Source of the DNA: Chiloscyllium plagiosum
Lineage: Eukaryota
DNA length: 49,559 nucleotides
Direction of reading: 5' to 3'
Assembly (NCBI RefSeq): GCF_004010195.1
Contig: NC_057718.1
Location: 57,190,264-57,239,822 of the forward strand
Of this stretch, positions 13,108 to 25,220 are shown piece by piece. Numbering within the stretch: position 1 is the stretch's first letter; every line of letters begins with the position of its first letter. The translations under genes and the position numbers were made by a program. The notes beneath the pieces are model-generated. The model saw nothing but the letters and a program-made list of their open reading frames with translations. It ran no database searches and was not told where the DNA came from.

Positions 13108-13232
13108 TGATGATGAAGGGCTTTTGCCCGAAACATTGATTTTTCTTTTCCTCTGATGCTGCATGACCTGTTGTGCTTTCCAGCACCACACTTTCGACTC
13201 TTAATATCCAGCATCTGCAGTCCTCACTTTCA
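13108..13232 (+). mobile_element. Short PLE 3' end beginning at a hammerhead motif
   Basis: tgatgaagggcttttgcccgaaac through ccagcatctgcagtcctcactt; same family as 43385-43514. Confidence 0.8.
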
Positions 13233-14481
13233 TCTGATTTTAATAACAAGTATATTCTGCACAAGTGTATTCTGATCACGGCATTTGGTTTCATTTGTAC
13301 TTTCTCTTGACAAAGTGACTGCTATACATTTGGCTGTATGTATCTTTTTTTGGCTTAGTCTTGGTTGAGTTTCACAGAAGGTTTTACTTCTTGAGGCAAA
13401 AAAAATCCACTTCAGTAAGTAACTATCCCACCCAGTAACACTCTCGTCTGATTCTTGCCCCATTCTAACACTCGCTGTACCAGAACAATGTGCCACAGCC
13501 AGAGTATTCCGTAATGCACATTAGTTATTTTCAATCTAAAGCAATCTTAACCTGAATCTAATGGGCTTTGGAGAATTAAAACCAACGCTTCAGCTAATTT
13601 ACTGGGCACTTTTTTTAACCCCCTAGATGAAACCCATCAGAACCTGGGGATTTGTTAACTCACAGTTCCAACAACTTTGATTTCTGTCCAAATTCTCCTG
13701 ACTCGGAAATTTCAACTAAACCTAAAAACTCTTCAACTATGGTGACTTACTCACCTGAACTAAAAATGAATTATCCTGCTGAACCAAACTCCTGAACTGA
13801 GACTTTAACTCTTCCGTTCTGGTATCAAAAGTAACCTAATGGCTTTCGATTGTAAACTGAAATATGTAAATACTCCATCCATTATTACTACACGTGTTCT
13901 CCCAGGCACTTGACTGCAGTCACATGCTTTTTTTGGATTTGATGCACTTAGGTGACTATTATAAATGACTTTCTGCAAGTTTAAAAATTACTTTCAGCTA
14001 ACTAAACCACATCCATCTCCCTCTATTCTAAACTCCAAATTCCAGAATACTATATACCTTCCATCACAGTTACCACCCTTTAGATGTAATTTAATTTTTA
14101 TATATCAACTTAACTTTTCTACCTTTGTACTCTGTGGTTTATTTCTGTGCTTTAAAATGGTGCTGGAGATTGGCGATGTTCACAACACTTTCACTGTATT
14201 TGTAACAAGTACATGTCACAAATACAATGGCAATAAATAAATCAAAAATGTTTAGGCTATTGTTGTAAAAGGTTCATGCCAGCAGACTATGAAAGGAATT
14301 GTAAAATTGTCTCCACGTCGAATAAAAAGTAATGGGGTGGAATTAGTTAAGTGGAACTTAGAGTTGATAAAGGAGCGACATTTCTCTGAAATTGAGTATC
14401 TGTAAAAGGTGGGTGTTGGGAAGCAGTTTAAAACTTTATTTTACTGTTTGTGTTAAGATCTTTCTAACTGTCTTAGATACG

Positions 14482-14696
14482 ATTTAGATGTGCTGGTGTT
14501 GGACTGGGGTATACAAAGTTAAAAATCACACAACACCAGATTATAGTCCAACAGGTTTATCTGGAAACACTAGCTTTCGGAGTGCTGCTCCTTCATCAGG
14601 TGGTTGTGGCTGATGACAAAGCAGTGTTCCAAAAGCTAGGGCTTTCAAATAAACCTGTTGGACTATAACCTGGTGTTGTGTGATTTTTTAACTTTA
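14482..14696. mobile_element. Fold-back PLE-type insertion with a hammerhead motif on each arm
   Basis: Arms at about 14515-14599 and 14610-14695 are imperfect reverse complements. Flanked by tcttagat(a/c)cg at 14471-14481 and 14697-14707. Confidence 0.8.
14568..14602 (-). ncRNA. Minimal type I hammerhead ribozyme motif
   Basis: Minus strand reads cac-CTGATGA-a-ggag-cagca-ctcc-GAA-AGCT-A-gtg: stem I cac/gtg, stem II ggag/ctcc, palindromic AGCT in place of stem III. Confidence 0.7.
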
Positions 14697-15544
14697 TCTT
14701 AGATCCGTAAATTTATTTTGTAATAATTTAACATTCTATTGTTGAAGAATACCGTCAGCCTCATGTGAATATTTCACTAACTAACTAGCATGTGAATTAA
14801 CTGCAAAACTTAAATGTATAATCTTTCAGGCCTGGTTTCGTTCAGAGATCTGACTTATCCAGTATTACCATCAGCTGGAATCATAACAGTGCATACATTT
14901 AATATGACTCCAATGAGTTTGGAGTTGCTCTGTTAGTATGCATTGATGACTATAATATTAAATTGCAACTATATGCCACATCACGGTTCATTTAAAATGC
15001 AATTCTTCACTGCAGCACTGCACTTTGGAACATGCCAATGCCTTCCATTGTAATACTGTTGCTAAGTAACTTGTGTGCAGGGACAGGAGCCCATCTCATG
15101 GCTTAGATTAGGGAGCATTTCAGGGCTTGCTATCTTCATGGTCATTCACTTGGCAATTACTTAGATGCAAAGTGCCTTGCCTTACCTTTGACTTTTTGCA
15201 ATTTGTTGCCTCATTCAGAACTTGCATACTCATTGAAATTCTGTCTTGCCTTGCCTTTTAATGCAGACACAAAGTCATGCAGCTTGTCATGGTTGTCAGC
15301 AGTGATCAGTACACATGGTGGACATGTTGCTGTATGTCACCATGCGACAGTATGTGCCAGCAGCTTACGTGGCAAACACACTGCATGTACTTCAACCAAA
15401 TGATCATATCTGAAAGTCTAAGGGGTGTGGTCCTCAGTACAATCAAGGGGAACTTCATTGGTCGAGGGTATTTGCATAGTAAGTGAAGGGCATTGTTCAT
15501 ATCAGTCCAGTGGCTTTGACATGATCAATTGGATGTTTGGATGG

Positions 15545-16163
15545 TGTTATGGACTCGACCAACCCCCCCTCAAAGTATATTAAGCAGATAGCCTAGATCC
15601 TAACTTTTTCTTATTTTAAAGCTAAGTGTAAACTGTTGCGTTCCAGATGAAATTCGATTGGTCAACCTACTCAATTTGGTAAGCAACACACATTTTATTT
15701 TTACATTACAGTTAAAGTACAGACAAAACAGAACTCAAAGAAAAGAATTGACTTAACAGTAACTCTATCAAAATGCTTAACAAAATAATATATATATTAA
15801 CTACAACTAATTAATTGTTCCAATATAGTAATATCCCACATATTCTTGGCAAACGTAAATTCAGTAAAATATATTGTCTCACATGCAATTCTAGCATCAG
15901 GAAGAGAATGCCAGCTTTTAGCTGTAACAGGGGGAGGAATAAGAGCTGCCACATCCAGCTTCAAGACCCCAGCAACTGCTGAAAGCTAAAACTAAAAATC
16001 CTGGTTTTTGGGGAGTTAGACAACTCCCATTCAGTGTGCTTCTGTTGTTCCACCTTCAAAACTGTTTATTTATTTTGAGCAGACTGCTTGTCATCTCTGT
16101 CGTAACGTTTCTTCATAAAATATACCAGGACAAAGTTCACTTCTTAAGCTATAGTATCATCAC
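15545..16163 (-). mobile_element. Probable solo LTR, same family as 8955-11342
   Basis: Starts tgttatggac (reverse complement of gtccataaca), ends near atcatcaca, and shares internal blocks. Confidence 0.6.
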
Positions 16164-17482
16164 AATGGTCATGGTCAGAGTTTCTGTATCATTAGTCTGG
16201 GGAATTGGTCATGGTCAGTCCTTCAGATTCAATGCAACCATCAAAATATTAGTGATAAGTCAGTCAGGAACTGCACAGAAATCGGTTAGGTGTCTGATTA
16301 CTCATTAATCGGGATTGTCCTTCCAAGTCAGTTGATACCATAGTTAGTCCTGAACTATGACACAATGGCATGCTACACTGGACGTTCGGTAGCAAGTAAC
16401 ACTCCTTTAGCCAGGTTTCTCACATGAAATCACACTAAAAAAAGGTAACCTGTGTAGCTTCATTTTTATAGCTACAATTTCAATGACAATCAGTCAGATA
16501 GATAATGATTTAGAATAGCAATACATTTACAAGTGTCAGATTCTATTTGCAATGAATGTTACCCATGTCACCAGTATACCTTCAGAAGCTTTTGTTTTTC
16601 ATTTTGCTGCTACTACATGTACTGTGAAGAGCTATATGTGGCTGGCAGCAATTGACTTGATGCACAGCCTGATTTTAAACATAGTACTAGTGGCAGAAAT
16701 CTCAAAATGGTGAGGACTTCTGCCACTGACGAGCACAAGTATGGTACAATAGAGGGGGGTCATGCATACTCAATGAGTTGAGCTGAAGAGAATTGGGCAA
16801 GTAAACCCGCTAGAGTTGATGAAGAAAAGCCCTACATGACATTCCCTAAATTTGATACTTAGCCAAATGCCACTTTTGTATGTGTGTGTAATTTAATTTG
16901 CATAATCACCTAGTTGGTAAACATTTTGCCATTGCATGAAGAATACATTTCCAGGAATAAATGTGTTTTTGTTTTCAGTTTATTAAAAGGCCTGATGAAA
17001 ATTTCTTTTGTTCTAGTTAACAGTAATAAACAGAAAGAAATTAACCATTCTTGGTGATTGAATGAAACACTTTTAATATAGTTTGTGGACTGTGGGGCTT
17101 GATTACCTCTACATTCCTCTCACCAGAGTCATAACATCTTGACTGAGAAGATCATTCACTGCAGAGGCTGAGCAAACAAAGCAGGGAAAAGTTCTTGGTG
17201 ATAACAGTTTTACCACAGTAGGCCAAGGCAGGACAAAGTCATGACTTTGAAAGTGAGGGAGAGAGGAATGGAACAGGGTGAGATGTTCTAAGATAGAGGA
17301 AATGCCAATGGAGGAGAGCATCAGGCTATGATGTGATCTGTTGTAAATTCCCACAAAAGAGGTAGTATTGAAGGGTTCAAGCAACACCTGAACAACTTGT
17401 GGCACAGTCTGCAGGTCTGTTAAGCAGCCATATCAAACCCACTTAATCAGATTGGAAGCAAATTATCCTGTATCCTGAAGGA

Positions 17483-17683
17483 GAAAGTGAGGTCTGCAGA
17501 TGCTGGAGATCAGAGCTGAAAATGTGTTGCTGGAACAGCGCAGCAGGTCAGGCAGCATCCAGGGAACAGGAGAATCGATGTTTCGGGCATTCCTGAAGAA
17601 GGGCTTATGCCCGAAACGTCGATTCTCCTGTTCCCTGGATGCTGCCTGACCTGCTGCGCTGTTCCAGCAACACATTTTCAGCT
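17483..17683. mobile_element. Young fold-back PLE-derived insertion with 15-bp TSD
   Basis: TSD ctgtatcctgaagga at 17468-17482 and 17684-17698. Arms 17511-17590 and 17607-17686 are reverse complements with one mismatch. Confidence 0.9.
17589..17624 (+). ncRNA. Minimal type I hammerhead ribozyme motif
   Basis: attc-CTGAAGA-a-gggc-ttat-gccc-GAA-ACGT-C-gatt. Confidence 0.72.
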
Positions 17684-17898
17684 CTGTATCCTGAAGGACA
17701 GCCTGAGAGATTGAGAGAAAAAGATCCACAGTAAAACACACAGCACATTTTGTTCAATAGGTGGTATCAATTAAACAAAGAATAATAAAATACGGTCACA
17801 AGAGAAAAGGAATAGAGGAGTGTGGTGCTGTTAGCAATACACCTCGCAGATCAGGATCAGTTATCTTTGTTATCTGCTTTTGGCTTTTATCTGCTTTT

Positions 17899-18502
17899 GC
17901 AATAGTTATTGGGGACTCGATAGTTCTGGGCACAGATAGGCGGTTCTGTGGGGGCGAGAGAGACTCACGTTTGGTATGTTGCCTCCCAGGTGCAAGGGTA
18001 CGTGATTATTCTGATCGTGTTTTCCGAGTCCTTAAGGGGGGAGGGGGAGCAGCCCGAAGTCGTGGTCCGCATTGGCACCAATGACATAGGTAGGAGGAGG
18101 GCTGAGGATGTTAGGCAGACTTTCAGGGAGCTAGGTTGGAAGCTCAGAGTTAGAACAAACAGAGTTGTTGTCTGGTTTGTTACGGGTGCCACGTGATAGA
18201 GAGTCGAGGAATAGGGAGAGAGAACAGTTAAATGCGTGGCTACAGGGATGGTGCAGGAGGGAGGGATTCCGGTATCTGGATAACTGGGGTTCTTTCTGGG
18301 GAAGGTGGGACCTCTATAAACAGGATGGTCTACACCTGAACCTGAGGGGCACCAGTATCCTTGGGGGGAGGTTTGCTAGTGCTCGGGGGGGGGGGGTTTA
18401 AACTAACTCTGCAGGGGCATGGGAACCCAGACTGTAGCTTTAGGGTGCAGAACCTGGAGTGTAGGGAGGTTAGGAACATGGCAACAATCTCAAAGGAGGG
18501 TG
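17899..18502 (+). mobile_element. CR1 LINE ORF1 SGNH/GDSL esterase-like region, frameshifted, running into a gap
   Basis: IVIGDS, CLPGA, IGTND and DGLHLN blocks spread over three frames. Confidence 0.88.
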
Positions 18503-19206
18503 NNNNNNNNNNNNNNNNNNNNNNNNNNNNNNNNNNNNNNNNNNNNNNNNNNNNNNNNNNNNNNNNNNNNNNNNNNNNNNNNNNNNNNNNNNNNNNNNNN
18601 NNNNNNNNNNNNNNNNNNNNNNNNNNNNNNNNNNNNNNNNNNNNNNNNNNNNNNNNNNNNNNNNNNNNNNNNNNNNNNNNNNNNNNNNNNNNNNNNNNNN
18701 NNNNNNNNNNNNNNNNNNNNNNNNNNNNNNNNNNNNNNNNNNNNNNNNNNNNNNNNNNNNNNNNNNNNNNNNNNNNNNNNNNNNNNNNNNNNNNNNNNNN
18801 NNNNNNNNNNNNNNNNNNNNNNNNNNNNNNNNNNNNNNNNNNNNNNNNNNNNNNNNNNNNNNNNNNNNNNNNNNNNNNNNNNNNNNNNNNNNNNNNNNNN
18901 NNNNNNNNNNNNNNNNNNNNNNNNNNNNNNNNNNNNNNNNNNNNNNNNNNNNNNNNNNNNNNNNNNNNNNNNNNNNNNNNNNNNNNNNNNNNNNNNNNNN
19001 NNNNNNNNNNNNNNNNNNNNNNNNNNNNNNNNNNNNNNNNNNNNNNNNNNNNNNNNNNNNNNNNNNNNNNNNNNNNNNNNNNNNNNNNNNNNNNNNNNNN
19101 NNNNNNNNNNNNNNNNNNNNNNNNNNNNNNNNNNNNNNNNNNNNNNNNNNNNNNNNNNNNNNNNNNNNNNNNNNNNNNNNNNNNNNNNNNNNNNNNNNNN
19201 NNNNNN
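18503..19206. other. Assembly gap (N run)
   Basis: 704 N. Confidence 1.
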
Positions 19207-19447
19207 GTCTTCGGAACATACAAATAGAAGTAATGACACACTTGAAGACAAATGTCACTTCTGTTGTTGTGGAGGTTAGATCCGATGCATTGAGAACATG
19301 ACGAATTCCAAATAAGAATGTTTCAATGCTTTCAGGTCTGTCCAATAGGTGGAGGAATGATGGTGGTCGATGGATTTGAAATTTTGTCTTTATATCTGGT
19401 CTTGCCTCAGGCTGATGTATGTTAACTCCTGGTCTTCTCTCAAAGGA

Positions 19448-20090
19448 ATGGTTATGGTCCAGACTATAATAAACCTTCTCAAAGTAGTTTAAGATGGCAG
19501 TCGAAACAGGTTGCACTCCATATTTTAAGGCAGATGTGAGATGTCGTGTTCTGGATGCGAATTTATTGATCAAATAACTCAACATTAAGCAAAACGCAAT
19601 TTACCCAAACATTATAGTTGAAAGACAACAACCGAATGAAGAGCTGAGAATAACTTTAATCCATTCGAAAATTTAACACAATATTGGATACAATAAATAT
19701 TACAGAGGAGCTGTTCCGATATAGTTGCATCCCATAAACACACCCCTTGGCAAAAACGCACATTTAGAAGTCAGATTTCCTCACAGGCAATGTCTGCAGC
19801 AGAAAGAGAAACACCAGCTTCTGGCTGTAAACGGGAAAGGGAGCAAGATGATTTCTACTTTTTCAATATTCCAGCAGCTTCGGCTGAATATAAGAGCTAC
19901 AAATATCTGGAAATTATAACTGGTGAGTCCCGGCCATGCCCATCCAGGCTGCTTATCTTATTCCAGCTATTTATAAAAACCATGGCCTCACAAAACATTT
20001 ACAATACCATGGACAGCTCTGCGTCTCCGGTTCAATGTAATTCAAATTAGAAACTTTGATAAAATACACATTTTATAGCCACGCCATTAT
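19448..20090 (-). mobile_element. Diverged LTR-like copy related to 15545-16163
   Basis: Collinear similarity: tggttatggtc start, ctcaaagta, cccttggcaaa, ccagctt.tggctgtaa. Confidence 0.55.
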
Positions 20091-20449
20091 CACAAGATGG
20101 TATCACTTCTCCCCTATCCTCTCAGTCACAACTCTAACTCTCCATAAACCACACTGCTACGTATCCAAACGTGGACATCCCTTATTTTGCGGGGTCCGGC
20201 CAGCAATACATTCTCACTCCCCTTTCACAAGTTTATCCTCTGATTCTCAGAGGAAGCCACCCATTCGATTGCATAAACAAGATCAGAAGTCTGCCCAACC
20301 ATTCAGTCAGTTTATGAATGATTTGATTGGAACATCAACTCTGCGTTTAGTAGCAGCATTCTGTACAACTTTACTCGCAATATCAATAGAGTGGCTACAA
20401 GAGCAAGTTGGGAAATTGGAATCCTGCAGCCAGCAATTTACTGACAATC

Positions 20450-20903
20450 AAATGCACAAATCAGGAGTATGATGGCATATTCCCTATTCGCCTTGATGAG
20501 TGCAAATCCAATAACACGTAAGAAGCCTGACAGCATTCAAGACAAAGCAGCCCGAATGTTTGGAAAACACATTCACAAGCATTCATTCCGATATCACCAA
20601 CACTCAGTCGCAGCAGGAAATTCAGCAAAGATCTTCAGATGTTATCTTCCAAAACCATGACCATTTCTATCTCGAAGGATAAGTATGGCAGATTCAAATG
20701 AATACCTCCATCAGTAAGTTTCCCCACAATTCCTTACCATTCCAACTTGGAAATATGTCACTGATCACAGATCATTTAGTGTCAGCAGAAAATATCCTAG
20801 TACTGCCTCTACATACACTACATGGACTTCAGAAGGGGCAGTAAAAGAGAGCCAATCCATATTGATTCCAACCAGTGACACCCGCTCCTGTGAATGAATA
20901 AAA
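20450..20903 (+). mobile_element. Old CR1-clade LINE 3' fragment related to 36325-38515
   Basis: DSIQDKAARMFG-like remnant and tgaatgaataaaa terminus. Confidence 0.6.
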
Positions 20904-21217
20904 TCAAATCTTGGAGCTCTGTTTCTGTTGATCTATTTTGCACACTATCAGCTCTTTAATTGTTTGGGTAACGACATACTTTCACACCTTCACATCAAGG
21001 TAGTGGAGCACCATGACTTACTGACTGTGGCATCTTCAACCTGGATCATTTTCCATTTGGAAAAAAACAACACAAAAACGATGGAAATATCACTGTTCAA
21101 TCTTTGTCAGTCCTTCGTTGAGCCTTGTAGTCACATTTGTATCGTTGGTTTGTTGAAGGTGCTGCTTGGTCATGTACTTTACTCCTGAGTTCAGGGACTA
21201 GAGCTGAAGGCATTTTA

Positions 21218-21310
21218 CCCGACGAAGGAACGGTGCTCAGAAAGCTTGCAATTGCAAATAAGGCTGTTGGACGGTAACCTGGTCTTCTGACCTTGTCCAA
21301 ACCACTCAAA
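21218..21310 (+). mobile_element. Decayed short PLE-type end (14.5 kb family)
   Basis: ccgacgaaggaacggtgctcagaaagct..aaataaggctgttggac.gtaacctggt..gtccaaaccac. Confidence 0.6.
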
Positions 21311-21519
21311 CAACAGCATGACCTTATGAGCATATTTTTTCCGAACAGTGGTTATCTCATTGAAGGGAATTGGAGAGACGGGAGAGAGAGACCGTGGAGT
21401 GATTTGAAAATATGCATTTAATTCATGGCTAATTTGAACAGGAAATTGGAAATAATTACTATAGACCAGGTTACATCCCTCAATACATTTCCGCAAGGTA
21501 GCACAGACCTATCCCAGGA

Positions 21520-22610
21520 GTGAAATTGAGGACTGCAGATAATCGTGATTACAGTCATGCGTAGAGTGCTGGAAAAACACAGCAGGTCAGACAACATTCA
21601 AGGAGCAGGAGATTCGATGATTCCGGCAAAAACCCTTCATCATGAATGAGGCTTGGAGCCTCGGGGTGGAGAGATAAAAGGGAGGGGTTGAGGCTTGGGG
21701 GAAGTGAGCTGACAGTATGATAGTTGATTGGGGATGGGGGTAGTGGTGATAGGTCAGAGGGGATGGTGGAGAGGATCGGTGAAAAGGAAGATGAACAGGG
21801 AGACAGGTCGTGAGGGTGGTGCTGAGTTGGAAGGCTGAATCTGAGATAAGGTGTGTCCGGGGAAATGATAAAAATAGTGAAATCCGCATTGATTCCGTGA
21901 AGTTTAAGGATCCCGAGGCGGACAATGAGGCGTTCTTCCTCCAGAAATCGGGTGGTTCGGGAGTGACGACGGAGGAGTCCCAGGAACTGCTCATCGTGGG
22001 AGGATTAGGAAGGGTAGTTGAACTGTTCAACCACGTGCATATGGAGTTGGTTGTTGGGGGTGCTGTGGAGATGCTCTCTGAAGGCTTTGCGAGTAGACAT
22101 CCTGTCTCGCCAATGTAGAGGAGATCGCATCTGTAGCAATAGATACTGTAAATGACTGGTGTCGATATGCAGGTGAAACTTTGATGGATGACAAAGGCTC
22201 ATTTGGAACATGGGCGGAGGTGAGTGGAGAGGTTTTAGGCGCAGGTTTTGCAAAAACTGCGGTAGTAGGAAAAGGTGCTAGGAGGGGAGTGTGGGTTGGG
22301 GTGTGGAATTGAGGACGGAATCACGGAGGCAGCAGTCTTTATGGAGACCGGCTATGGGTCCGGGAGGGAAAATGTTTTTGTTTGTGGGATCCGTTTGTCG
22401 GTATCCGAAATGATGGAGGATGGTGCGATGGACACAAAGGTTGGTGGGGTGGAAGGCGATGACGAGGGTGTTGTTTCCTTGTTGCGTTTTGATGATTGGA
22501 GTTTGAGAGCGCAGCCGGAGGAAGTGGATGAGATGTGCTGGAGGGTATAATCAAACACATCGGAGGAGAAACCGCGGTCTTCAAAGAAGGAGTGATACAG
22601 CTGGTCAAAC
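21520..22610 (-). mobile_element. Degenerate Penelope-like element with GIY-YIG remnant
   Basis: Collinear with 42583-43514 (AFREHL, HVVEQFN); decayed hammerhead at about 21612-21645. Confidence 0.85.
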
Positions 22611-23190
22611 CACACATTTTTAAACAAAACACTACTATATGGAGCACGAAAGTAAAAATAACGGAATATAGACTATTTTAACCTATCTGAAAACACAACC
22701 GAATCTATCGCAGCTTAATGATCAAGTTCCAAACCTCACAACATCCCCGTAACATGCTCCAGTGGGAAAAAGCAAAATTCAAACACAAGTCCTTACCAGA
22801 GAGCTGTCAGAGAGAGAGAATAAGCATTGAAATTCTTTTCACTGCAGCTTTTCTTTGGATTGCCAACTAAAAGCGAAAGCAAAGGAGAAGCAGACATGAA
22901 CTTGAAGAACTGACCACTCCCCTTTCATTGGACATGTTTTTGAAAAACAGCTAAAAACGATTTCCCTGAGGGTTGCTTCGTGCAGAAACTGATCGCTATT
23001 AGGAAAGATCCTTAAACAGACAAAGTGGAATCTCTGCCTTATAAAACCCTCTTGAAAAATAAAAAAAAATAAAAAAAAAACCCTGCGCAAGGAGCAGCAT
23101 CAGCAGATACTCGACAGGCACAGCAATCGCATTGGTGGATCTTAAGTGCGGCTGGATTGAAAAAAGAAACACTTTGGACATTTCAACACC
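22610..23190 (-). mobile_element. Diverged LTR-like fragment
   Basis: Contains the reverse complement of tgaaaggggagtgg.cagt and other blocks seen at 9154 and 10691. Confidence 0.5.
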
Positions 23191-24249
23191 ATAATTGCTG
23201 ACTTGCTTAAGACCTGCATTTAAGTATTATTCAACAAAGAGTTCTTGTCAGGATTGAACACATATTTAATCTCCATTTACCGGAATGTCATTACAGGCTA
23301 TGGGGGCGTTGCATGTTCTCCACTTCTTCATCCCTGAAAGTCCCTGTTGATAAAGAGATATACTCAGGTCCAGTAAAGTTTGGAACACTCATTCCTCCTC
23401 CAGCAGTAACCAGTTAAATCGACAACAGGGGTCAAACGAGAAAAAACAGGGCTTTTGTCACTCCCTTTTGAGCTCTTCGGTACCACTTGTGTTCACTGGA
23501 AGGCAGAAGCTCTTTGTATTTTGACATTCATAATCTTTCTATTCCTAACACGCACATACACACACAAATACACGCGTGCTCATGCACAAACACACAAACA
23601 GTCAAACACGCACATATACGCAGAGGGCTTGCTCCAACTCTAATTTTTTCAAAGTAACAGTTCAGCCACTGAGATCTGCAATCAGTTAACTCAAAGGAAA
23701 CGTGGATCTTCCTCAGTTGAGGGTGTGAGTTTAACGGTATTCTGTGGGAAGTTTGCTCTGAAATGGAACATCCTTTGGGTATGGTAACGCATGAGGTCAA
23801 TACATTGGGTGCAAAATATGGTTCCGCTACAGCGATTATTAGAGGGACGACATTTCAAAGGGGCCCTCAGAATTTGTGGTCTGCCCCTCTTCTGTTCACA
23901 CAGAAAGACGTCGTTACGATTCAGAAAGTAAAGTGAATCAAGATGCACTATTTGATGCACTAAGCTTTATTCAAAATTTCCTGAAATCAATGGGGCAAGG
24001 CTCTATGGTTCCGCCTGATCGCTAAGTGTCTGAATGAGAGGCATCACTATCACCATAACTCAGAGGATTAGAGGGACGATGCTGGGTAGGGATGGGGTGG
24101 GATGTTTGGCACGTTCTGTGTTGCGCCGTTCATTATTTAGTGCAGCAACGGTCACGATCCGAACATACAAATTATTGGGTTTCTCAACTGCTGTTTGATG
24201 TGACGAAACATCTTCCAAAGGGATACGAATGTTTAATGGATGTTGGGAG

Positions 24250-24785
24250 GTGAGGAGTACAGAGTGCTCCCATTGTTTTCTGCCAATGTAGATCTGGGTC
24301 TCTGGTTTCGCAGTTCTCCCGGTCTGGTCTGCAAAATGTATTGGGAACGAAAGGGTGTAGAGTGTTCTCATGGAGTTCTGTCGAATGTAACTTGGGTACG
24401 GAGAAGTTCACAGTGCTCCCGGTGTGGTCTTCATAATGTCGATTGGGATCTGAGGATTAAACACTGCTCCCAGTGTGGCCTGCTCAAAGTAGGTTGAGAC
24501 TTCTTTATTACATGGTGCACACAATGTGTTTTGATCAATATAGATTGGTGCATGAAGATTTCACGGTGTGCTCAATGTGGGCTGCTCAATGTAGATTGAG
24601 AACTCAGAAATACGTAGTGCTCCACTGTGCTTTGTCAAATGTAGATTGGGACCTGAGGAGTGCACACTGCTCCCAGTGTTGTCTCCCCAAAGTAGAGCAC
24701 AGAAGTGCACAGTGCTGTTCTTGGGACTATCAAAGATAGAGAAAACGCAGAAGGGTGGACATTCTCTCAGTGTCCTCGACACAAG
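24250..24785. repeat. Degenerate ~51-bp tandem repeat (about 10 units)
   Basis: An aatgtagattggg-like anchor recurs at 24285, 24335, 24384, 24435, 24486, 24537, 24588, 24638 and 24689. Confidence 0.8.
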
Positions 24786-24863
24786 NNNNNNNNNNNNNNN
24801 NNNNNNNNNNNNNNNNNNNNNNNNNNNNNNNNNNNNNNNNNNNNNNNNNNNNNNNNNNNNNNN
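24786..24863. other. Assembly gap (N run)
   Basis: 78 N. Confidence 1.
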
Positions 24864-25153
24864 CTTTTTCTATGTATGGAGTCAGCTATTACGAGGGGAC
24901 ATGGCTTTAAATTAAGGGGTAGTAGTTATAGGACAGATGTTAGGGGTAGATTCTTTACTCAGCGAGTCGTGAGTTCATGGAATGCCCTGCCAGTAGCAGT
25001 GGTGGACTCTCCCTCTTTATGGGCATTTAAACAGGCATTGGACAGGCATATGGAGGATAGTGGGCTAGTGTAGGTTAGGTGGGCTTGGATCGGCGCAACA
25101 TCGAGGGCCAAAGGGCCTGTACTGCGCTGTATTTTTCTATGTTCTATGTTCTA
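24864..25153 (+). mobile_element. Young CR1 3' end
   Basis: TRGHGFKL and FFTQRVVSSWNALP in an open frame; (ttctatg)n tail. Confidence 0.92.
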
Positions 25154-25220
25154 CGGTATTTTTCAAACTTGGTATCATGATTCTGTCCTGAAACTGAGTC
25201 GGTACACCTCCTGATTCTCT

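Noticed and set aside
17761..18401. GDSL/SGNH hydrolase as a host or horizontally acquired gene
   Set aside because: An esterase-like domain is a known part of CR1 ORF1, and it is frameshifted here.
18330..19585. Long ORFs of 253-371 aa in the ORF track
   Set aside because: Artefacts of translating through the N gap; the flanking residues come from CR1 and LTR-like DNA.
24250..24785. CRISPR-like array
   Set aside because: Units are homologous along their whole length with no unique spacers, the context is vertebrate, and there are no cas genes.
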